Positions 1 to 12,245 of a DNA stretch of 64,000 nucleotides are shown here, piece after piece. A program made the translations under genes and the position numbers. Numbering within the stretch: the stretch's first letter is position 1; every line of letters starts with the position of its first letter. The notes beneath the pieces were generated by a model. The model was not told the DNA's origin. It searched no databases and saw nothing but the letters and a program-made list of their open reading frames with translations. The stretch is from an uncultured Planctomycetota bacterium (GTDB lineage: Bacteria; Planctomycetota; Planctomycetia; Isosphaerales; Isosphaeraceae): assembly GCA_963845755.1 (NCBI GenBank), contig CAWJTV010000034.1, forward strand, positions 608,001 through 672,000, given 5' to 3'.

Positions 1-1376
1 GGATCCAATCCCGGCAGCCACGGCGGGCGGCGTCGGGAGGCCGAGGCGTTCCTGGAGACGGTCGAGTTCACCGCGGTCAACTTCCTCGCCGACGACGCCG
101 ATCGCGACACCGAGATCCGCTCCCGGTTCGGGCCCCAGGTCGCCGAGCTGGTGCGGCGCGACCGCCAGCAGAACGTCCGCCGGGCCTTCCGGAGCTTCCC
201 CCTCCACGAGCTGCCGACCTCCTCACGAACGATCAACCCGTACAACCTCTACGAGACCTTCCTCTCCGGCGGCCGGGTCGCTCTCCTCCCTGTCTTCGTG
301 ATCGGGGCCCTGGCCCGCGTCCTGGGGTTGGCGGTGAGGAGCGTCTTCCGCGTCGTTCACGAGATCCTCCATCCCCAGGTCGACCAGGATCGCACCGTCC
401 CGCCCGACACTTACTGGGCAGCCCTGCGGAAGATCCACCGCATGCGCAAGCCGGTGTTCATGGGATCGCTCTGGCTGCGGGCCCGCTTCGACGTGGAGTA
501 CCTGGGCTTGGCCCTGCCCACGGCACCGCCGGGGATCGCCGCCGAGTCGCTGATGGAGGCCGACCTCGATTACATCGGCGCGACCCGTCAGGACCGGATC
601 ATCGCCGAGCAGGTCCGGCGCGAGCATCACGAGCGGCTGGAGTGGATCACCGGCTGGCTGCACCAGTTCGTCTGGACCTTCGATGAGTTGCCGAACTACC
701 TGCGCGCGAGATCCCCTTCCTGGCCAATCGCGGGGGCGAGGCGCTGCGGGCGCTCATCACCGCCTGCGTCCTCGACCACGACGACATCGCGACGCTCGCC
801 CTCTCGATCGAAGGGCTCAAACGAGTCCTGGCCCAGGCCGCCGATGCCGCGCAAGATCCCCGGCTGCTCCCCGCCGACCTCCCCGAGCCGATCGTCGGCC
901 TCCGGACGCTCTGGCACCCGGTGCATCGCTGCCGGCGCCCCATCGGCGACCTCTTCGGACTCCCGTGTTTCCCGGCTTACGACTCGGCCCAGAGGACCCG
1001 TATCACCCGATATCTCCGCCGACACCGCCGCGCCGTCCGGGGCTGGATCAAGGTGGTCCTCGGCCAGGGCGGCCCCGATCCCTGGGCGACGGTCAAGGCC
1101 CGGATGCGCGACGTCATGCTCCGCACCGACCTCTGGAGCGACCAGATCCTGGTCCTCCGCGCCGTCCAGAGCTTGACCATGCTCGACGTCCAGCACAACT
1201 GCGAGCTGGTCTGGGCCCTGGGCGGTTACACTAGCCCCGAACCGGGAGGCGCCGAGCCCGAAGCCAGGCCCCCCGCCTCCCTCCTTCGCCGTGACGACGA
1301 CGAGGCACCGAACACGCCCGCCGCACCGGATGGCTCGATCTCATCCGGCCAGGAAACGTCGTCCGTAATCGCATGA
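1..1376 (+). CDS. C-terminal part of a large hypothetical protein (starts upstream of the window; one frameshift near 720)
   Basis: The frame of ORF 151..1176 reads as globular protein up to about 715 and continues in the frame of ORF 921..1376; no recognisable family. Confidence 0.6.
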
Positions 1377-1730
1377 GGGAGAGCCAAACCCGAGGTCTCC
1401 GACGAGCGAATCCGTCGATCCGCCTCTCGGGACGATCCTGCCCGGGATTGTGGGAACGGTCGGGACCCTCGCGGTCACGGACACGTATTCCGACCCCCTG
1501 GGCGGGAATATCGCCTTCCAGCTTGTCGGCCCGAACTCCATATCGCTTCTGGACGTCACCGGCGCCGCTTCACTCACCGACTCGATGTTCGACGTCAGCC
1601 AGATGGACGGGTTCCAACCCACCAGCGGTGAGATCTTCGAGATCATGACGTCGGCCGGCCTGGGCGTGGCGATGTTCATGAATCCGATCTTCCAGGTCGG
1701 GAACCTCACGTGTACTGCGTCCTACATCAA

Positions 1731-3624
1731 CGCCGATTTTCGCGGAGGGAAATCGACTAACACTCCTGGCCTCATCAGCCCGTGCCAGCGTAGGTGAAGC
1801 GGAGCGTCCTGCCACCGGCCCAGGGAATCGCTCCGGCTTTGGCGTCGAGCCCCGCTTGCCTCAGGATCGGATTGTGCGACCGCCTCTGGAAGTGGACATG
1901 GATCTGGTCTCTTGTGACGCGAACCGTCCCACCCGTCTCGATGATCTTGCGGCAGAGCCGCTTGGGCTTCGCCTCGGCAAAGCCGTCCAGTTCGCTCGCC
2001 AGCCAGCGATAGCACCCATTGGCCAGGACCGTCAAGGCCGCGTCCAGGTCGGCGTTGAGAGGGACTTCGCTGGCCAGGCAGTCAAGATGGAAGAAGTTGA
2101 CGCCGCTACCCAGGGAATCCTCGATCCCGTTGCGGCTCGTATAGCGCGTGATGATCTGCCGAGCCGTTGCCTCAAGATTGTTGCTCAAGACGAGCGTGGG
2201 TTTGTCTCGCCCCAATCCGGTGATGGCGATCTGCCGCAATCCCCCCTCGTAGTCGGCGACCCGGATGGTCTGCTCAAGATCTCGGATGTTCCGATGTCGG
2301 CGGTGCGGGGTGTCGATCACGGTGCGTCGCCATGCGGATGGCGGCTGCTTTTCCAATCCCCGGAGGATCCGGCTGCCTCGCCGTCGGATGGTGATGAACC
2401 AGGTCTTACCACGGAGGTTGAGTCGGTTCATCTCGGCGTAGGTCGTGAGCCTCGAATCGAAATAGACCCAGGTGGGATCCGCGCCAGGATCGACCGGCAG
2501 AACTCGACGAATTTCAGCAATTGTCCCGGGGCTCCGTCGCGGATGACGGTGGCGTCCGAGTAGCACAACAGCCGGGATTTCACGGCTTGAGCGAAGAACG
2601 TGAGGATGCTGGGGACGGCTTTACCACGCATCGGCACATAATGATTTTCCAACCCGGTGTCCTCGCCGCGATGCGGCACGGAGTGGAAGTCCAGGCTGAA
2701 CGCCTCCGGCGCGGGATCCAGCCGCGGCAGGAGCCGGGAGACCCATCCGGCGAGCAACTGTCGTTGATTCTCCCGGACCGTGCGGTACGAATAGTCGGTG
2801 GCGAAGGTCGCCTTGGGCAAGATATTCAAGCCGGCGAAGAGCCCCAGGGCCTCGTCGAAATTGAAGTCGCTGATGTGACTGCGTCGTTCCTTGTCGATCC
2901 GTTTCAGGGCCAGCAGACTCCACAGGGCCGAGGTGGCCGGGACCATGTCGGATCCGGGATAACCGGCCTGCTTGACCAGGTCGTCGAAGCCCAGTTGCAC
3001 CAGGAGCGGCCAGAAGGCGAAGAGGCCCGCGACGCGGGTCTCCAACGGCGCCGTCATTTCCTGGAACGAGCAGTTCCGGACATCGGCGACGGGGGCGGTG
3101 AGTGGAAGGCACGAGCGATCGCGATCCGTGCGTGATGGCCTGCCGACCTTCGGCTTGTGAAAAAGGGGGGAGGCGAACCGGAGTGGATCGCGCTCCGAAA
3201 CTGATGGACCAGTTGCCGGATGCTCCCGTGCGTATAGCCGTATCGGTCAGCGACGTCGTTCTGGCGAAGGCCGTCAACGAAGATGGCGCGCAACGCCTCG
3301 TATTGGCGGTGATAGGTCGCGGAATCCGCATCCGTGAAGAACTGGCGGCAAGAGGTATCCTCCATGGCTGCACTCCGAGTGTGAGGTGGTTTTCAGCGAA
3401 GTCCTCCTCTCAACCGTCGTATCAAAATGGGAGGCCTGGGGCCAAGCGGGAGGGTACTCGAAGCTTGGAAAAAAGGGAGAGACGGCGGGATCGACCAGTC
3501 ATCCAGCAGGATCACTCGGCCACGGCCGCTGAAAACCGGCTAACACGAGCCGGAGCCGGATCGCGGGAACACGCTGATCCTGCACCGAGAACTGTGAGTG
3601 AATTTCCCTCCGCGAAAATCGGCG
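1731..3624 (-). mobile_element. Insertion sequence, 1894 bp, DDE transposase (IS4-superfamily/IS1380-like; family uncertain)
   Basis: Perfect 23-bp terminal inverted repeats CGCCGATTTTCGCGGAGGGAAAT (1731-1753 / 3602-3624); 4-bp target duplication TCAA (1727-1730 / 3625-3628). Confidence 0.93.
1775..3365 (-). CDS. Transposase in three frames (HTH N-terminus plus DDE core)
   Basis: ORFs 3054..3365 (RQYEALRAIFVDG...VADRYGY, HTH-like), 2428..3057 (SLDFHS) and 1775..2566 (YFDSRL, RNGIED) all lie inside the IRs. Confidence 0.8.
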
Positions 3625-4623
3625 TCAACAATGATACGGACGTCCTGCTCACCGTCAGCGGCAGCGCGGTGCTGGAGCCGGCATCGCTCGTGATGCTCGG
3701 CCTGGGCGTCGCGGGCATCGCGGTCTTCATGGCTCGCAAGTCCCGATTAGCGGGTCGAAGTTGAGGCAGTTTGGGACGACGACGCAGTCTCCCGAAGAAT
3801 AGAAATCCGCAAGATTTTTATGTCTCAGTCGGGCCAAGAATTGCGCCGAAAAATCGGGCCAATTCTCCGATAGGTGCATTAACCGAATTCCAAACCTGCG
3901 GCATACTGATTAGAGGGGGATGGCGCGTGCGCGAGCGGTCTGGTCTGGCTCGGCCCGTTGTCCCCGTCTCAGGTAGGCTCTCCTCCCATCTTCACCGACG
4001 ACGGTTCTCGCTCTGGCCGACCCTGCCGCAGGTCGAGGACCGTGCACCCTGCGCCGGAAACCCGCCGAAACGTTGCCAACGAGTGCAAGTTGGTGACACA
4101 GGTTTTCCGCCCGAAATCCAATGAGAAAAAGGATTTAATTCAAGACGAGTCGAACTGGGCCGAAAGCGCGAGAGTGCCAGGGCCCGCGGCTGTGCCACGT
4201 TCCTGGAAAAGCCGGCCTCAGGATCACTCGGGCTCTGAACGCACAGACCCATCGGCCGAACCTGAATCGTTGCAAGCGAACCATAATGATCTCGTGGAAC
4301 GGGCGAGTGCGGCCTTTTCACCGCTCAAACCTGGCGCCGCCGAGACAACTCGAAAGTCCGGCCGGTCGGTCGTCACTCGGCAGCGGGATGGCGCGATGTT
4401 GCGGAACTCTTTGGGGAAAGCGATGCGCCGGGATGCTTGACAAGGTAGGAGCGATTCTCTAAAGTGACCGAACTTATTTGTCAGCCAAGTACCTCCGTGC
4501 GCTCGAATCTTTGGACTGCCAGCGAAACGAGATGCCTCCGGGGCGATGGTTTTGAGTTGGTTCGCTGAGCCGTCCTCCATCTCATCGCCGCCCGAAACTC
4601 ACCAGGTGCAGAGTAGAGTCTCC

Positions 4624-7600
4624 ATGGACAACCCGATCCAGGTCAACCTGGGGCGCATTGCGCAGGACCTGCAAATTCGGCGCGTGCAAGTGGAGAGTGT
4701 CGTCCAGCTCCTGGACGAGGGGAATACCGTCCCCTTCATCACTCGCTATCGGAAGGAACGGACGGGCAACCTCAACGAGGTGACGATCCGGGAGATCCAG
4801 CTCCGGGTGCAGCGATTGCGCGAGTTGGCCGACCGCAAGGAGACGATCCTCAAGGCGATCGAGGCCCAGGGGAAGCTGACTCCCGACCTGACCGCGGCCA
4901 TTCGCGCGGCCGACAACCCCAAGCGGCTCGAAGACCTTTACCTGCCGTTCAAGCCCAAGAAGCGCACCAAGGCGTCCGACGCCCGCGAGCGGGGCCTCGA
5001 GCCCCTGGCCTTCCGGATCTGGACCCGCGACGACACCCTCGCCGACCTCGACGCGGCTGCCCAGGAGCTGGTGAACGCCGAGAAGGGCGTCGAATCGGTC
5101 GAGAAGGTCCTGGAAGGTGTCGGCCATATCCTCGCCGAGGCGATCAGCGAGATGGCCATGGTCCGCGACGCCGTGCGCAAGGTCGTGTGGAAGACCGGCA
5201 AGATCGTCACCAACAAGGCCGAGATCCCGGAAGGCCAGGGACTCGAGTACCGCGATTACTTCGACTACTCCGAGCCGGTCGCCCAGATTCCGCCTCATCG
5301 TGTGCTGGCAATTAATCGTGGGGATAAGGAAGGGCCGCTGAAGGTGAAGCTCGAGGTATCCCGGCCCGATGTGGAGGCCGTGCTTTTCACCCAGCTCCCG
5401 CTGGATGGCCATCCGCAGGCCGAGCTGTTCCGCGCCGCGGCGATCGACGCGCTGGATCGGCTGATCCTCCCGAGCATGGAACGCGAAGTCCGACGCGACC
5501 TGACCGAGGCCGCCGAGAAGCACGCCGTCGAGGTCTTCGCCCGTAACCTCGGCAGCTTACTGCTCCAGCCACCGATCCCGAAACAAGTGGTCCTGGCCGT
5601 CGATCCGGGGTTCCGCACAGGCTGCAAGGTCGCCGTGCTCGATCCGAGCGGGAATCTGCTGGATCAGGTGGTCATCTTTCCCCATCCTCCCCAGAATCGT
5701 CGGTCCGAGGCCAAGGTGGTGCTCAAGGACCTGGTGGGCAAGCACCATGTGAACGTGGTGGCAATCGGCAACGGGACGGCGTGCCGTGAGACCGAGGAGT
5801 TGATCGCCGAGATCATTGCCGAGGGGACGCGTTTTAGTCAGGGTGAAGGCGCCGCGGCCCCCGAATCCCCGCCCGAGATTGCCGAAATGCTCGCTCTCGT
5901 GGAGGAAGGTGCTGGCGAGTCCCGCACGGCGGCCGCAACGTCCGACGACGAGGTCGCCCCGGGCGAGGAGTCGAGCATCCCGGCGGAGCCTGCAATCGAT
6001 CCTGCCGGCGAGCCGGCGTTCGCAGTGGTCAGCGACCAGACGTCTCCCGACAACAGCGAGTCGGATCCGCCAATACCAGCGGAGCCCGCCCCGGACGAAC
6101 CGATGGCGTCGGAGGAAAACAGTCTCGGGAATGGGTCTGGCGGTGACTCGCACGCGCGGGCGGAAACGCATACCTCGACCCCGACGGAAGCGACGGTCCA
6201 GATGCTGCCGCCGATTTCGGGAGGGGCCCTGGACGCCGACCCCCCGTCAACCGAACCCGAAGGCGGATCCGAGGCCGGACTGCACGAACCACCTTCGACG
6301 GAAGGTGTATCCACCGCTCTGATGGAAGGAGCCGGGACGGGCTTCGGCGACCCGGGCGCCGCACGATCGCAAGAGGAGCCCGCCGCAGCCGAGCCGGTTT
6401 CGACCGGCGACCACCAACCTGCCCCCTCGGGGGCGGCTCCGGAACCGACCGCGGTCGGTCCGATCGAGGGGCAAGACGCAACTGCTGTCCCGGAAGCCAA
6501 CCATAGAGAGGCCGCAGGCCCGGACTCGACCAGTGAGTCGATCTCCCCGGCGGCCGCGGATCTCGGCGAGATGACCGCTGAGCCGACTCCTACCGGGGAC
6601 CATCAGCCGGTCCCATCAGCAGAGTCGACTCCGTCTGCGCCGACAGACGAGTCGTCGACGATTTCCGCTCCGAGCGAGGCAACGTCCAGTGTCCCGGTCG
6701 GATCCGCGGCGGCGCCCGGCGGTCGGCCTCCTCGCCAGGGCCGCGGTGGCGGCCAGGGGAAATCGGAGTCTCGTCGGCCGCCTCGTGCTAAGCCCTCCGC
6801 GACCCCACCCCCTCCGCCATCGCCCCCGCAGCCGCACCCGGCCGACGCCTTGCTCGCCCAGCTTGCCTACGTGATTGTGAACGAGGCCGGGGCCAGCGTT
6901 TACTCGACCAGTCAGGTCGGCCGCGACGAGCTGCCGGACTCGGATCCGACTTTGCGGAGCACCATCTCGATCGGACGACGACTCCAGGATCCTCTGTCTG
7001 AACTGGTCAAGATCGAGCCCCAGAACATCGGCGTCGGTCTCTATCAGCACGACGTCAATCCTAAGCAGCTCAAGGAAACGCTCGAGTCGGTCATCTCGAG
7101 CTGCGTCAACTTCGTCGGGGTCAACCTGAACACGGCGAGCGTTCCGTTGCTTCGCCATGTCTCCGGCCTCAACCAGTTGACGGCGCGACGGATCGTCGAA
7201 TTCCGCATGGAACACGGCCCCTACCGACGGCGCACTCAGTTGACGGAGGTCGAGGGGGTTGGCCCGGCGACGTTCACGCAGGCCGCTGGCTTCCTCAAGC
7301 TCCTCGATGGCGAGGATCCGCTGGATCGCACGTGGGTCCACCCCGAGAGTTACCCGGCCGCCATGAAGCTGGTGGAGAAGTTTGGATTCACGCCAGAGGT
7401 CGTGCGAGACAAGGTAAGCCTGCCCGAACTGCGCACGCAGTTGACCCAGGCCGACGTCCCGGGTCTGGTCACGGAGCTGGAGATCGGCGAGTTCACGCTC
7501 CGCGACATCATTGAAGCGCTCGGTTCAACCGGATCGCGACCCGCGCGATGACTTGCCCAAGCCGATCTTCAAGAAAGGCGTGCTCAAGCTGGAGGACCTC

Positions 7601-8545
7601 ACCGCCGGCATGGAGCTGAAGGGAACGGTCCTCAACGTCGTGGATTTCGGCGCGTTCGTCAACATCGGCCTGAAAGATTCCGGGCTGGTCCACATCAGTC
7701 AACTGGCCAACCGGTACGTCAAGAGCCCACACGACGTCGTCAGCGTCAGCGACGTGGTAACAGTGTGGGTCATGGGTGTGGACCAGGAACGGAAACGGGT
7801 CTCACTGACCATGGTCAAGCCGGGTACAGAACGGCATCGGGGCGCCCCGAGTGGCGGCCGTCGTGGTGGCGGCCCTGGCGGCGATCCTCGAGACCCGAAC
7901 CGCGAGCGTGAGCCGCGCGGCGGGCCGCCTGGCCAGGGGCGTCGCGGTGGCCCCGGCGGCAACCGTGGTCCGCGTCCGACCGGCTCCGCGCTGACTTCCC
8001 CGCCGGTAGGTGCCCCTTCGGTCGCGGTCCTTGCCGAGACGCCGTCTCGCCGGTCAGATCGGGATCATGGTCGCGGCCCGGGACCGGGTCCCGGCGGCGG
8101 CCCGCGCGCTGGCGAGGCATCCGGCGCAGGACCGGCTCCTCCACGGTTTGGCCGTGGACCGGGTTCCGGTGGTGGTCCGCCTGGCTCGAGAGGCCCTCAG
8201 CATGGTCACGGAGGCGGCCGGCCACAGCGGTACGATCGCGATCGCATCCAGGATCGAGGAGCACCCCCACGGTCGCCCAGCCGTCCCTCCCGACCCAGCT
8301 CACCGCCGCCCCCACTCTCCAAAGATGCCCTGGCCGGCAACGTCCCGCTCCGAACCTTCGGCCAGCTCAAGCAACTCTGGGAAGCCCGCGTTGAAGGGCC
8401 CGAGTCAGCCGATGTCCCTCAGTCGGAAGCCGAGACCGGGCCGTCCTCCGCTCAGGTTCAATCTCCGCACGAGTCGCAACCCCCCGATTCGACCAATACC
8501 CCAGTGACCCCGGCCGAGCCGGAGCCGCCGTCGAACCCCAACTAA
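4624..8545 (+). CDS. tex: Tex/YhgF RNA-binding transcriptional accessory protein with a large low-complexity insertion (frameshift near 7520)
   Basis: LLDEGNTVPFITRYRKERTG, DPGFRTGCK, IGNGTACRET, VNEAGASVYS, GVGLYQHDV; S1 domain (GMELKGTVLNVVDFGAFVNIG) in ORF 7511..8545. Confidence 0.92.
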
Positions 8546-8790
8546 GCTCGCCGCGTATCCACATTGAGACGGGACGTCCATCTGCCCTACCATGGCGATT
8601 GTGCAATGTTGAATGGAGTGATGCATTTGCATAAGACCCTCTGGCGGAGCCGGCCGTCGAATTGCTCACCTTGGGTGAATTGGTGGGAGCCGCTATAATT
8701 TCGGAAGGTGATTGCTCGCGGGTGGCTTCCGCACACCGGAACCCCTTCGAGATGACCGGGTATCGATGGTCTGCTGAGGATAGATCGGTA

Positions 8791-9996
8791 ATGGGTGTAT
8801 TCGCCTGGCGGAACTTGCTCACACGGCCGCTTCGGACGATCTTGGCGTTAGTGGGGTTGTCGATCCCGATCCTCGGTGTATTAGGGCTGTTCTGCGTCTC
8901 GAACGGTTTGCGGAATCTGGTGGGTGAGACCCTGGGCGGAATTGAGGGGTTGATCGTACTGGGCGATAACCAGCCCAGCCCGGTCTTCAGCACCATCCCC
9001 GCGACCCTGGCCGACGAACTGAGGCGGATGCCCAAGATTCGGGCGGTCGCACCGGAGGTCTGGGGGATCGCTCCGTCGATCGAGGGATGGGGCATGATCT
9101 CTGGTCTCTTCTCCGGGAAGAAGACAACAATCTTCGACCAGCCGGTGATCGCCGGCCAGGAGATCGTCGCTCATCAGAATCTCCGCAGCGCCGTCTTCCC
9201 GAGGGCACTCCGGGAGCACGGTGAAGGACGATTCCTCCTGCCCAGCGATGAAGGTCAGCCGAATATCGTCATCAGCCGCAAGATCGCCCGCGATCACCCC
9301 AACGCTCAGGGCCAGCCCAGGAAAGTTGGCGATTCGCTGGATATCGGCGGCAAGCCGTTCCGAATCGTCGGCCTCTATGAAACGGGCTCGATGCTCCTGG
9401 ATGTTGTGATCCTCATGGACATCGGGATGGCGCGAAGCGTCTTGAATCGGCCTCCCGGGTCGGTCTCCTGCATCTATGTCGAGGGAGAAGATCCCGTGGA
9501 TAACACCGCACTCTCCGCGGCGATCGAGAAGGCTCATCCCAGCGTCAACGCCCGGAGTATGCGAGAGGCGCAGGCCAATTTCAGCTCCTTGTTGGGACAA
9601 GTCGACACTTTCTTACTGATGACGGTCAGCCTGGCCCTCATCGTGGGGATCGTCGGCATCATCAATACCATGCTGATGAGCACGACCGAGCGGTTCACCG
9701 AGTTCGGCGTACTCCGCACCAACGGCTGGTCTCAGGGCAACATCCTGACGCTGGTCACCCTCGAGAGTGCCTATCTGGGTCTACTCTCCGGTCTGGTCGG
9801 CTGCGGCCTGGCGTGGGCCGGCATCCTGGTGGCCAATCAGTTCATCTCCGGGGGGATGCACCTGGACTTGACGCCCTCGCTCGCGGCGCTAGGCATCGGA
9901 CTGTCGGTCGCAATGGGCATGCTGGGCGGATTGTATCCAGCCTGGAAGGCCGCCCGGATGGTCCCCATGGAGGCGATCCGGTTGGGATCGCATTGA
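8791..9996 (+). CDS. ABC transporter permease (MacB/FtsX/LolE family)
   Basis: AWRNLLTRPLRT, GIINTMLMSTTERFTEFGVLR, YPAWKAARMVPMEAIR; 4-TM topology. Confidence 0.9.
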   Translation: MGVFAWRNLLTRPLRTILALVGLSIPILGVLGLFCVSNGLRNLVGETLGGIEGLIVLGDNQPSPVFSTIPATLADELRRMPKIRAVAPEVWGIAPSIEGWGMISGLFSGKKTTIFDQPVIAGQEIVAHQNLRSAVFPRALREHGEGRFLLPSDEGQPNIVISRKIARDHPNAQGQPRKVGDSLDIGGKPFRIVGLYETGSMLLDVVILMDIGMARSVLNRPPGSVSCIYVEGEDPVDNTALSAAIEKAHPSVNARSMREAQANFSSLLGQVDTFLLMTVSLALIVGIVGIINTMLMSTTERFTEFGVLRTNGWSQGNILTLVTLESAYLGLLSGLVGCGLAWAGILVANQFISGGMHLDLTPSLAALGIGLSVAMGMLGGLYPAWKAARMVPMEAIRLGSH

Positions 9997-10186
9997 ATCT
10001 TGGCAGTAGGCAGTCGGCGGTGAAAACCGGGACAGGAAGTCGGATTCGGAATCTTGCCGCACTTTGAACTGCGGTCGCTGTACTCTATGAGGATCGTTCG
10101 AGGGGAGAAAGACCACCAGGCAGACTGAAAAACTTCCACAATTCCTCCTACTGCCTACTGCCTACCATTTCGCGAGAGGTCTCCCG

Positions 10187-10897
10187 ATGATCGATGTGAG
10201 GAACGTTCATAAGTCCTACCAAAGCGGCAGTCGTTGGGTCGAGGCCTTGCGTGGGGTCACTTGCGAGATCGAGCGAGGGCGATTCGCATTCATCGTCGGA
10301 CCGAGCGGGTCGGGCAAGAGCACGCTCCTCTACCTCATCGGGTCCCTGGACCGTCCGACGTCGGGCGAGATCATCGTCGAGGGTCAGAATCTCGTCACGA
10401 TGTCGGCGGCCGAACAGAACGCGTATCGTCGCGACCAGATCGGCTTCATTTTCCAGTCATTCAACCTGATCAGTAACCTGACGGCGCTGGAGAACGTGCT
10501 GGTCCCGTTCCTGCCGCGGGGCGTGTCGGCGGAACAGCGGCAGAGGGCGATCTCCTTGCTGAAAGATGTCGGCCTGGAGGATCGCATCGATCACCGGCCG
10601 TATCAGCTCTCCGGCGGCGAGCAGCAGCGGGTGGCGATCGCCCGAGCGCTGGTCAAGCAACCCGTGCTCATCCTCGCCGACGAGCCGACCGGCGAGCTGG
10701 ACTCCAAATCCGGAGACGAGATCTACAGGATCCTTCGCAGGCTCCAGGAAGCCTCGGGGACCACTTTGGTCATCGTGACCCACGATCGCCGATTCATCAC
10801 CGCCGACGACATGGTCCTCGAGATCCAGGACGGTCAACTCGCCAACGGGCAAGACTCCGAAACCGTGGATTACTCGGCCGCGTTGAGCCCGCGATGA
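10187..10897 (+). CDS. ABC transporter ATP-binding protein (LolD-like)
   Basis: [30 protein letters not shown]. Confidence 0.95.
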   Translation: MIDVRNVHKSYQSGSRWVEALRGVTCEIERGRFAFIVGPSGSGKSTLLYLIGSLDRPTSGEIIVEGQNLVTMSAAEQNAYRRDQIGFIFQSFNLISNLTALENVLVPFLPRGVSAEQRQRAISLLKDVGLEDRIDHRPYQLSGGEQQRVAIARALVKQPVLILADEPTGELDSKSGDEIYRILRRLQEASGTTLVIVTHDRRFITADDMVLEIQDGQLANGQDSETVDYSAALSPR

Positions 10898-10925
10898 CCT
10901 TCATCGGCATGAGCGGGTTTTGTCA

Positions 10926-11909
10926 TCACAATCGCAAGATCACCTTGCCGAAGACCTGATTGGATTCCATCCGCTCCTGGGCGGCATGAACATCTTTGAA
11001 CGCGAAGGTCGAATCGACCACGGGGCGAACCGTTCCGCGAGCCAGCCAGGGGACGACCTGTTCGGCAAACTGCCGCGTGGCGGCGATCTTCTCTTCGAGC
11101 GGCCGAGCTCGGAGCGTGGTCCCGACGATCGTCAGCCGTTTGCGAAGCATCAGGTTGAGGTCGAACGGGGCATTGGTGCCCCCCAGCAAGCCGACGAGCA
11201 CCAAGCGGCCCTTTGGTGCCAGCGCCGCAAGGTTTCCCGCAAGCGCTGAGGCGCCGATCAAGTCGATCACGACGTGGACCCCCGCACCGGCGGTCTCAGA
11301 CCGGACCACCGCGGCGAAGTCCTCACGAGCGGTATCGATCCCGTGATCCAGCCCCAGGAGTGCCGCTTGATCGAGCTTCGCCGTGGTCCGCGACGTGCCA
11401 AACACAGTGCAGCCCATCGCGTTGGCAACCTGGAGGACCGCCGTTCCGACGCCGCTGCCTACTGCGTGGATCAGGACGCGCTGGCCCGGCGCGAGACGAC
11501 CTTGGGTCAGCAAGGCGTCGTGCGCGGTAATAAACGCCTCGGGAACGGCCGCGGCCTCCACGAAATCCAGATTCGTCGGGATCGGCACGACCAGGCGCTC
11601 GTGGGTCAGGACGAGTTCGGCTTGCCCGCCACCGCCGACGATCCCGAAGACCCGGTCGCCCGGCTTCAGCGAACCAGTCACATCCGGACCCAGAGCATCG
11701 ACCTCGCCGGCGTACTCCAGTCCGGGAATGTCCGCCGGCACTCCCGGCGGTGCGGGATACATTCCCCGGCATTGTAAAACGTCGGCCCGGTTCAACCCGC
11801 ATGCCCGCACTCGGACCCGCACCTGCTCGCCCTTCGGTTCGGGCGTGGGGACGTCGCGAAACTGAAGCACTTCCGGTCCGCCGATGCCCGTGATGACGAT
11901 GGCTATCAT
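10926..11909 (-). CDS. NAD(P)H-quinone oxidoreductase (PIG3/zeta-crystallin MDR family)
   Basis: GLNRADVLQCRGMYPAPPG, PGLEYAGEV, HAVGSGVGTA, GTTLRAR, FGKVIL. Confidence 0.92.
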   Translation of the reverse strand: MIAIVITGIGGPEVLQFRDVPTPEPKGEQVRVRVRACGLNRADVLQCRGMYPAPPGVPADIPGLEYAGEVDALGPDVTGSLKPGDRVFGIVGGGGQAELVLTHERLVVPIPTNLDFVEAAAVPEAFITAHDALLTQGRLAPGQRVLIHAVGSGVGTAVLQVANAMGCTVFGTSRTTAKLDQAALLGLDHGIDTAREDFAAVVRSETAGAGVHVVIDLIGASALAGNLAALAPKGRLVLVGLLGGTNAPFDLNLMLRKRLTIVGTTLRARPLEEKIAATRQFAEQVVPWLARGTVRPVVDSTFAFKDVHAAQERMESNQVFGKVILRL

Positions 11910-12245
11910 GGGGATGTCATTTCGTTGGGGTCGTCAAGACTGCGCTAACAGATCGGCCCGCACAAATCCTCGGACTCCGAAGAGGCTCATGTCGGGAAAT
12001 TGGTGGTGGCCTATCCTGTCGTGGCGGATGACAGCCGGACAACGCGCCTGAAGGCCCTCGGAGACCAGGTGTTCGGCCCGCGGTGGCCGGCGGTTTGGCC
12101 CTGGCCAGTCTGGTGTCCCACCGAATTCCCCCCATGCGCCACTCCTCAATCCGATCGTGCGGTCCCCCTCTGTTCCACGCGGGTTTACAATGTCATGATG
12201 GTCCAAAGATCATGGTATTTGCTTCCTGAGTGATAACCAAGCCAC

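Larger units (their letters stand above)
1450..3764 (+). pseudogene. PEP-CTERM sorting-domain protein fragment interrupted by an IS
   Basis: Removing the IS (1731-3624) and one TCAA copy restores ...CTASYINNDTDVLLTVSGSAVLEPASLVMLGLGVAGIAVFMARKSR (EP-TM-basic tail); no signal peptide visible at the 5' end. Confidence 0.85.

Noticed and set aside
3770..4600. Short ORFs or RNA gene upstream of tex
   Set aside because: The ORFs lack recognisable motifs and no tRNA or ncRNA pattern is seen
5830..6860. Intein or mobile intron in tex
   Set aside because: No Cys/Ser start with His-Asn end, no endonuclease motifs; low-complexity in-frame sequence
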